Origin: the human T2T-CHM13v2.0 reference genome, Homo sapiens
DNA length: 64,000 nt
NCBI RefSeq assembly: GCF_009914755.1
Contig: NC_060925.1
Reading direction: 5' to 3' (one strand)
Numbering within the stretch: position 1 is the stretch's first letter; every line of letters begins with the position of its first letter. Positions 55,650 through 64,000 of the stretch are shown piece after piece. The position numbers and the translations under genes were made by a program. Below the pieces are notes generated by a model. The model was not told the DNA's origin. It was given only the letters and a program-made list of their open reading frames with translations, and made no database searches.

Positions 55650-55840
55650 TCTTAATCTACGTATTTGTAGATATATATCTACATATATATAGATATATAT
55701 GTACGTATATATATTTCTCTACATATATAGATATACATGTAGGTATATATATTTCCCTCTATATAGATAAATGTTTCATATGTAAAATAATATATGATAC
55801 AATCTAGTATATATTCTGTATAAATATATGCATATATAAA
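55650..55840. repeat. TA-rich low-complexity repeat
   Basis: Direct reading (TAGATATATATCTACATATATATAG...). Confidence 0.7.
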
Positions 55841-56003
55841 ATTCTAAAAATGTCAATAATATTATTTTTACTCTATATTTTGCAAAATCAAAATAAACAT
55901 ACTTTCATTAGCAGTAGTTTCTTTGAGGACAAGGACTGCATTATGGCTCAGTGTCTATGTGCATGTAATACTTGATAAACCACTAGTTTCTGAAATGCTT
56001 TCT

Positions 56004-56304
<301 letters not shown>

Positions 56305-56669
56305 GAGATGCTTTCTTGGAATGTAAATTTCTCTCTCCTCTACAACCTAGTGGCCGCTGTTCTAGTTCAAGACCTCATCCTTTCTTGACTAGACTGGTGA
56401 TTTTTGCAGTGACTTTTTAAATGACAGTAAATATACTAAAGTATTACATTAAAAATCCCACTTTCTAGATTCCAGACCTTCAATGGCAGATGTTTAAGTT
56501 CCTTAACACTATTGGCAAGGTCCTCCAATAATTTTCCTTTATCTTATTCATTTTTTTTTCAGCAAACATTTTTGATATCTTATATGCCAGATAATATGAT
56601 TACTTTATGCCACTTACTATATTATAGTAACATAAACTATACCATAATATTTCACACTTCTATGCCATT

Positions 56670-57125
56670 CTGTTTTTAAATTGGGGTAAAATTCACATAA
56701 TATATAATTCACCATTTTGACCATATTATAGCATACAATTCAATATCTTTTAGTACATTCACAAGGTTGTATGACTATCACATATATCTATTAACAGAAC
56801 ATTTTACCACCTGAAAATGAAACCTCATACCCACTGATAAATCATTCCTCATTTACCACTCTCCCAGGTTCTGGCAACCACTATTATACTTTCTGTCTCT
56901 ATGGATTTGTCTATTATGGATATTTTTATATAAATGATATGTTACCTCTTGAAACTGGCTTCTTTCACTTAGCATAATGATTTTAAGGTTCGTCCATGTT
57001 GTAGTATCAGCACTTTATTACCTTTTATGGCTGAATAATATTCCATTGTATGTATATGTCATATTTTGTTTATTCATTCTGCAATTGGTAGACAATTGAG
57101 TTTTTGTTTCTACTCTTTGCCTTTC
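56670..57125 (-). mobile_element. L1MB-like 3'UTR fragment
   Basis: TTGGGGTAAAATTCACATAA...CTGGCAACCACT...TTTCTGTCTCTATGGATTTG. Confidence 0.8.
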
Positions 57126-58994
57126 ATAATATTCATCTTTCTTTATAAAAACCTTATCCAACATTGTTTTTAGATCTCTCTTGCATATTTATAAAGGTCT
57201 AAACATAACTTCCCATGAAGCTTTTCTTTAAACTTGACAATACTTCTTTTTTCTAATCATTATATTATGTTAAAGTTGCATATTTTTTAGTTTATGAATA
57301 TGTTAGAAAGTTAGGGAAATATTTACTTATCTTGTAATTGCATAATATGTGACACATATTTATATTTATAGTTTAACCACTTATTTCTAGAATAAAGCAA
57401 GGAGATTTGAGTAATTAAGAAACTGACTAGGAAGGTACAAGAGCAAAATAAAACTTGATACATATATATCAATTTATGATCCATGCAAAATTCTGGCAGG
57501 TCAGAAAATTTATTAAAATGATTATTATGTTTTTCACAGTGGTTAAAGCAGTTGAGATAGAGATTGTTTTCTTAATATAGATGTCAGATTATTGAGATTA
57601 CATATTATTCACAATCTACAGGTTTCAAAAGCCATAATTTATTGAGTATTTTCTGTATGTAAGAGAGCAATAGAAAATATAAAATTTTGCTTTGAGACAG
57701 CAATAATAAATAGAGATACCATTTACCAGGAAGGATGTGAGGGAAAATGGAAGAGAATAAAGTTGAAACACATAATTTCAAGTTGCCTTTACAACTTCAG
57801 TTCATGTCATTTAAAAGTACAGTGAGCAATTAAAAAAAATTGTGCATAATTTTAGAAAACATGAAAAAACTACATGTGTTTTCTTACTGCAACTTCAGTA
57901 ACGTGCACATAGGAAAAGAAGTTACGAGCTAAGAAAAAATGAGTTTGATAAAATATATGCAGCAAGTGATAATGTGTAATTTTTTTTAATTTGAGACTAT
58001 TCTAAAGCATTCTTTTGGTCACTCACCAAGCATTTCTAAAACTGGACTGTTTTCTTGAGCATTTAATAAAGAACAAAAAATTTGCTTTTAAATGTGTAAA
58101 ACATGTTTTCCTGACTGTGTATTCGTGCTGTTTCCACAGAAATAAACTTTTCCTTAACTCTGTGTTAACAACAGTGACTGAACTTGAAATACAATTAATG
58201 ACACTACTCTACAATACCTATGAATCTACTACAAAGGTTAATCTCAAGAACTTGAAGATAAATATACATCATTTTATTTCAGTTAATATGCATCATATGT
58301 TTCCTATAAGTGTGTGTCCTGCTGTAATAAATGCCCATTCCAGAAATGTATTTGGTCATTGGAATTAAATAATACTAAATTAAAGGGAGAAAATCAAGCC
58401 AAATTCAGATTGCTGAAAGAAAGTGATGGATTCTACTAATAAATTTTTGCTAAATTAAAGATTTTTCTATTAAAAGAAAAATATTATTACTCTATTATCC
58501 TAAGTTAATAGAGCTTGTAAAATTTTCCAAAGGTACTACCTTTTCAGAACATCTATTACTAAATATTATCATTCATATGGTACTAAAGTTGAAACAATTT
58601 ACTATTGATTATATTGCTCTATTAAAAATAAATGCTTCATGTAAGGTTTTGGCTCTCGATATATACAATGCAAGTTTTCTTTATAAGTGTTCTGGTAACT
58701 TGAGGGAAGAATTGACCAAGAAGGTAAATTCCCATACAAAACAGGGAGATGTTAAACCTTTGACATCCTGGTCTCTTTAGGATAGAATGGAGTATTACTT
58801 TGCTGCTGCAATCTTAAGTACTAGTCAAATTAATACGACAAAATCTAAAATCCATTGAAAGCCAAAACCAGGCCTAGAGCCAGGCTCAGTGTTCTTTCAT
58901 TTAATGTAAATTTATTGAATATTTATTATGCATCAGTCTTTTTAGGGGGCCTTTAGTCTGAACAAGCACTTGTTAGAGAATTTAAAACTAACAC

Positions 58995-59370
58995 TGTTAC
59001 CGAAACACCAGGGATTTGGTCTAGGTCCTGTTGCTCACTGTACAGAAAGCCAATCACTAAGATAACAAGTATTGCCAAGAAAGAAGGCTGTCACCAGGTG
59101 CTGCAATGGAGAAGCTGGGATCTCAATCTCCCTGATCGACTAGAACCAGGGGTTTATGTAGCAGGGAAGAAATGTAACAATGTGTAAGGAAACAGGAGCT
59201 TGGGAGGGGCAAGGAAGCAATTAAGGTGAATGAGGGGTCCAGAATCAGATATGGTGATCTGGTTTCAGATCTTTGATTCTTTTTGTGAGAGGCCTGAGGG
59301 TTGTTTCCCCCAAGAAGGAACTCAGATAAAACAAATATAAGTTTCAAGCTTTAACAGCAGAAGGGTCCAA
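58995..59370 (-). mobile_element. ERV1-class LTR (LOR1-like), partial
   Basis: TGTTACCGAAACACCAGGGATTTGGTCTAGGTCCTG...CAGAAAGCCAATCACT...GCAGGGAAGAAATGTAAC. Confidence 0.7.
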
Positions 59371-59580
59371 AAGCAACATTATTCTTGAAATAGGTTATCT
59401 TTGTTAAAAAAAATTTAAAAACTTAATCACTGCTTCATTACCCTAGCCCAAAAGTTATGAACAAAGACATCTGTGTTTTTTTTTTTTTTTTCACGTGTCT
59501 CCCTAACTGATATTTTATATTTAGGAAAGTAAAGCCCCTACATATGTCAGCTAATTATCGGAAACATTTCAATTCCAGAT

Positions 59581-59730
59581 CCACCTTAGTAACAACAACG
59601 TTTTTTCCCTCCTTTCTTTGCTTCCTTTTCCTTCCTTCCTTTCCTTTCTTTTCTTTCTCTCTTCCTTCCTTCCTTGCTTCTTTCCTTTTTCTTTCTTTAT
59701 TCTTTTATTTATTTATTTATTTATTTATTT
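59581..59730. repeat. Polypyrimidine (CCTT/CTTT)n followed by (TTTA)n
   Basis: Direct reading. Confidence 0.8.
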
Positions 59731-59927
59731 GACTATGTTGTTGTCGAGGTGAATGAATGACTTTTCTCAGAGGGACCCTCTTGGTTTAGATCTAAATCCT
59801 GTATAACCAAGATGGAGGTAAAACTCTGTTTCTTTTAAGTTGTTTTTGATCTTATATTTAAATTTTTTTCTATTTTGTACCACACAAAATGTGTGAATTA
59901 GGTGTGTTAAGAATTTTCACATGATAT

Positions 59928-60528
59928 TGAGAGGTGAAGCCGGCTGGGCTTCTGGGTCCCGTGGGGACTTGGAGAACTTTTCTGTCTAGCTAAATGATTG
60001 TAAACACACCAATCAGCACTCTGTGACTAGCTAAAGGTTTGTAAATGCACCAATTAGCACTCTGTAAAAACGCACCAATCAGCACTCTGTGTCTAGCTAA
60101 AGGTTTGTAAACGCACCAATCAGCACTCTGTAAAATGGACCAATCAGCAGGACATGGGCAGGGCCAAATAAGGGAATAAAAGCTGGCCACCCCAGCGAGC
60201 AGTGGCAACCCACTGAGGTCCCCTTCCGTGCTGTGGAAGCTTTGTTCTTCCTCTCTTCGCAATAAATCTTGCTGCTGCTCACTCTTTGGGTCTGCACTAC
60301 CTTTATGAGCTGTAACACTCACCACAAAGATCTGCGGCTTTGTCCTGAAGTCAGCAAGACCACGAACCCACCAGAAGGAAGAAACTCTGGATGCATCAGA
60401 ACATCTGAAGGAACAAACTCCGGACGCACCATCTTTAAGAACTGTAACACTCACTGTGATGGTCCACGGCTTCATTCTTGAAGTCAGCGAGACCAAGAAC
60501 CCACCAGAAGGAACCAATTCCAGACACA
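59928..60528 (+). mobile_element. LTR12F-like solo LTR (ERV9)
   Basis: TGAGAGGTGAAGCCGGCTGGGCTTCTGGGTC...GAACCAATTCCAGACACA; 4-bp TSD ATAT; tandem CCAATCAGCACTCTG units. Confidence 0.93.
60009..60181 (+). promoter_or_regulatory. LTR12 U3 promoter: five CCAAT boxes and an AATAAAA TATA-like element
   Basis: CCAAT at 60009, 60050, 60075, 60116 and 60140; GGGAATAAAAGC near 60172; activity not demonstrated. Confidence 0.6.
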
Positions 60529-60781
60529 ATATGTCCCATTAGCCTTCACAATTATATTACTTTTATAATTTAGCCACCTTTTTACCCCCAAAATGGAACA
60601 GGGGCTTAGCAATTTTTAATATCTTGCCTAACATTTAGCTTCAAGTAGGCAATTTCAATCTGCCCCATCTTGTTCGCTTTGACAAGCTTTAAAGCTATTA
60701 CAATAATTACTATTTAGTGCATATATCAGAAATAAATATCCCCTATCTATTTAGTAACAGCTGCAAGTATTGAGTACTTTC

Positions 60782-61059
60782 TTTTTTTTTTTTTGAGACA
60801 GAGTCTTGCTCTGTTGCCCAGGTTGGAGTGCAGCGGCGCAAGCTCTGCCTCCCAGGTTCATGCCATTCTCCTGCCTCAGGCTTCCGTGTAGCTGGGCCTA
60901 CAGATGCTTGCCACCACGCCCGGCTAATTTTTTGTATTTTTAGTAGAGATGGGGTTTCACTGTGTTAGCCAGGATGGTCTCGATCTCCTGACCTCATGAT
61001 CCGCCTGCCTCAGCCTCCCAAAGTGCTGGGATTACAGGCGTGAGTCACCGTGCCCAGAC
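60782..61059 (-). mobile_element. AluY with a short internal deletion
   Basis: GCAAGCTCTGCCTCCCAGGTTCATGCCATTCTCC; lacks the usual ATCTCGGCTCACT; perfect TSD GTATTGAGTACTTTC. Confidence 0.95.
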
Positions 61060-61621
61060 GTATTGAGTACTTTCTATGTGACATATGGTCTGCTAAATAC
61101 AGTACTTCTATATAAGTATAAAATGTTCTTCTATTCTTATATGCTCATATTTATATCTATATACTTATAAAATCCTCAACACCTCTGGGAGGTATAAGTT
61201 ATTAAAATCTGTTTAAAGATTAGCAGCCTTAGTCACAAAGGGGATAATTTTCTAAATTCTTAAGAAGCAGAAATATTTGGGGTCTATATTAAGCTCATGT
61301 ATTTCTGATTTGAATTTATGTTCAGTTTTATTAATTTCTAGCATCTTGTTTAAGTCCTGGCACATAGTAGGCACTCAAATTAGACCCATCATTCCTCATA
61401 GAATCAAGTAAATTGCCTAACACAAAGGACCCCAAAATGGGTTGAGTGGAATGCTTGCTTCATTCTAAGATATTTGTTTAAAAATATTCTGCAGAAAGTA
61501 TACTGAGATAATTTCTAACTTGTGATGAGAGAAAACACTTCTTTCAAAGCCAGGAATATTTTAATTTTATTTCTAAATGGAGAAAGGATAATATCCATTT
61601 TGCCAGAAGTTGGATAATTAC

Positions 61622-61698
61622 CTGACAAAGATGACAGTGATTTTCACTCCCACAAAATGGTTTTTGTTTTGAGAGATGCAAAGAAGACAATAGCTGTG
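61622..61698 (-). pseudogene. Candidate exon 1 (77 nt; may instead extend up to an acceptor at 61969)
   Basis: Acceptor (t)14aag|CAC, donor CAG|gtaatt; the phase-1 frame reads TAIVFFASLKTKTILWE*KSLSSLS. The alternative acceptor ttttcctgcag at 61969 opens 39 stop-free codons (GISPWNTDFLFTEPILCTYF...). Confidence 0.4.
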
Positions 61699-62224
61699 CT
61701 TAAAAAAAAAAAAAACCAATGTGTTCTGCTGTATTACAACACCGCTACTGCTATTTTACATGCAGAAGCTGAAAGGTGCCTAATTCATTTTATTCCACTC
61801 TATTTTTAAATTTGAGTAAATCTTTTGTATACTCTGATTTTTAAGCCTTCAAATGTTATTAAATATAAGAATTACACAAATATTCTCTTCTGACCAAAGA
61901 TTACATAGAAAATATGTACAAAGAATTGGCTCTGTAAACAGGAAATCTGTATTCCAGGGACTAATTCCACTGCAGGAAAATGTTTTATATAGTAATGGAA
62001 TACAAACTTTGGGACCAGGCTAGGATTTGAATTACAGCGTAGGGGATAAATTTGGAGAGGTGCTCAGATAATAATAATGCTCTTCTTTTGCCAGCCCCTT
62101 AGATAAATAGGGTCCAGCCCTCTGAATTTAAAGTGTAATCTTTCTCAGCCACAAGAAATTACATACTGATCATTAAGCATACATGATGGCCTTAATGGTT
62201 TCAACATATATATTCTATTATCTG

Positions 62225-62444
62225 TAGGCTGTCAGATAAATTGTAGAGCACCCAGTTGAATTTAAATTTCAGATCAACAATTTACAATTTTTAGTATAAG
62301 TGTGTCCCCAAATCATTAACACATTAATCTGGATATCCAATCCAGTATTGGGGGAAATATTTATACTAAAAAAGTCAGCTGTTGATCTGAAATTCAAATT
62401 TAACTGAATACCTTGTATTTTTGTTTGCTAAACCCAGCAACCCT
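62225..62444. mobile_element. MER53 palindromic hAT MITE
   Basis: CAGTTGAATTTAAATTTCAGATCAACA ... TGTTGATCTGAAATTCAAATTTAACTG inverted arms; ends GCAACCCTA. Confidence 0.85.
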
Positions 62445-62452
62445 AAATATGA

Positions 62453-62766
<314 letters not shown>

Positions 62767-63409
62767 AGAGAGCTTTTTATAAAAAGGAGTCCAACAGAGT
62801 TTTCAGGTAGAGATGAAAAAAATTCAGAGATTAAGATCTAATATCTTAACACTTAAGTGGTAATATTTTGCCTATAAAACCAAGAGATAAAATATAAACT
62901 TTAAATATGAAAGATTGTATAGATTTTTTTTCAACTGGACAAAACTTTAAACAAATGCTATTTTCCTTTTGTGTTTGTGAGCATGAGCACGTGTGTGCAT
63001 ATGTGTAATCTTAATATGCTCAGTTTCACTTTCTGAAAACATCAGTGCTCACATGAGATAAGAAAGGATTAAATGTTCAGTCCTGAAAACATTTCAAAAG
63101 TAAAGCTATATCACTTCTTAGAGGATACTAAGAAATCTATATTTTGAGGTTTAATAATAATAATAATTCAGAGTTTGCAATATGGAAAAATATATATAAA
63201 TTATATTTTGACAACTGCTTGCCACTTCAACTTTTAAAACTTATTTTTTTACTATGGAAAATAATTGTCTATTAGTAGTGTAATTGTCTTTGATTGGAAG
63301 TGAAGAAATTGAGAATGAAACAGATATCTGCAAAGTAATCCCTACATAGTATAATTGAAAATCAATATTCAAAAAGGAAATCTTGAAGTTTTAAAAAATA
63401 TAATAGTCA

Positions 63410-63705
63410 GCTGGGCGTGGTGGCTCACACCTATAATCCCAGCATTTTGGGAGGCTGAAGTGGGTGGATCATGAGGTCAGGAGTTCAAGACCAGCCTGGC
63501 CAACATGGTGAAACCCCATCTCTACTAAAGATACAAAAAATTAGCTGGGCGTGGTGGTGCATGCCTATAGTCACAGCTACTCGGGAGGCTGAGGCAGGAG
63601 AATCACTTGAACCCGGCAGGGGCGGAGGTTGCAGTGGGCCAAGATTAGGCCATTGCACTCCAGCCTGGGTGACAGGGTGGAACTCTATCTCAAAAAAAAA
63701 AAAAA
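63410..63705 (+). mobile_element. AluS (Sg-like)
   Basis: GGATCATGAGGTCAGGAGTTCAAGACCAGCCTGGCC; TSD ATATAATAGTCA at 63398 and 63838. Confidence 0.95.
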
Positions 63706-63837
63706 TGTATATATACACACACACACACAATATACACACACACACACACATATATATGTGTGTGTGTGTGTGTATATATATGTGTATATATATGTATGTG
63801 TGTGTGTATATATATGTGTGTGTGTGTATATGTATAT
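63706..63837. repeat. Compound (CA)n/(TA)n/(TG)n microsatellite inside the Alu tail
   Basis: Direct reading; enclosed by the Alu TSD. Confidence 0.95.
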
Positions 63838-64000
63838 ATATAATAGTCAAAAGAAATCTGGCTTAAAAATTTAAAAATATAATTTCTAGTATTTATCTCA
63901 TAATAAATAAACAAAAAAATTTGTTGATGTATACTAACATTTTAATGTAAATAGTTATGTTATATTCTCTTTAATGACATATGTTCTATTTCAAATTCAA

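Noticed and set aside
59990-60529. 179-aa minus-strand ORF
   Set aside because: Antisense of LTR12 tandem repeats.
63471-63914. Overlapping ORFs at the window end
   Set aside because: Alu plus dinucleotide microsatellite translations.

Overview
AT-rich, L1-dense primate (human/great-ape-like) genomic DNA, judged from AluY/AluS/AluJ, L1PA, THE1, LTR12F and LTR22 content. There is no intact protein-coding gene, RNA gene or CRISPR array, and the long ORFs in the supplied track are transposon-derived or low-complexity. Most of the window is nested interspersed repeats: two near full-length old L1P elements, two young L1PA fragments, several L1M pieces, a long L2 split by later insertions, about 16 Alus, a complete THE1 MaLR element, solo LTRs and DNA-transposon MITEs. 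The main hidden signal is a chain of eight exon-like segments on the minus strand (61698 to 20136). They have GT-AG splice sites and compatible phases, and join without frameshifts into about 324 codons with 11 stops, only 1 of them in the last 118 codons. This is a candidate decayed multi-exon (unitary) pseudogene or spliced lncRNA; I could not identify the ancestral protein. Other highlights are two candidate L1 3' transductions, an Alu-tail fold-back palindrome around an AT-rich VNTR, an L1 ending at an internal poly(A) signal, and a twin-priming inversion in an old L1MA. Repeat subfamily names come from recalled consensus sequences and boundaries of old elements are approximate.
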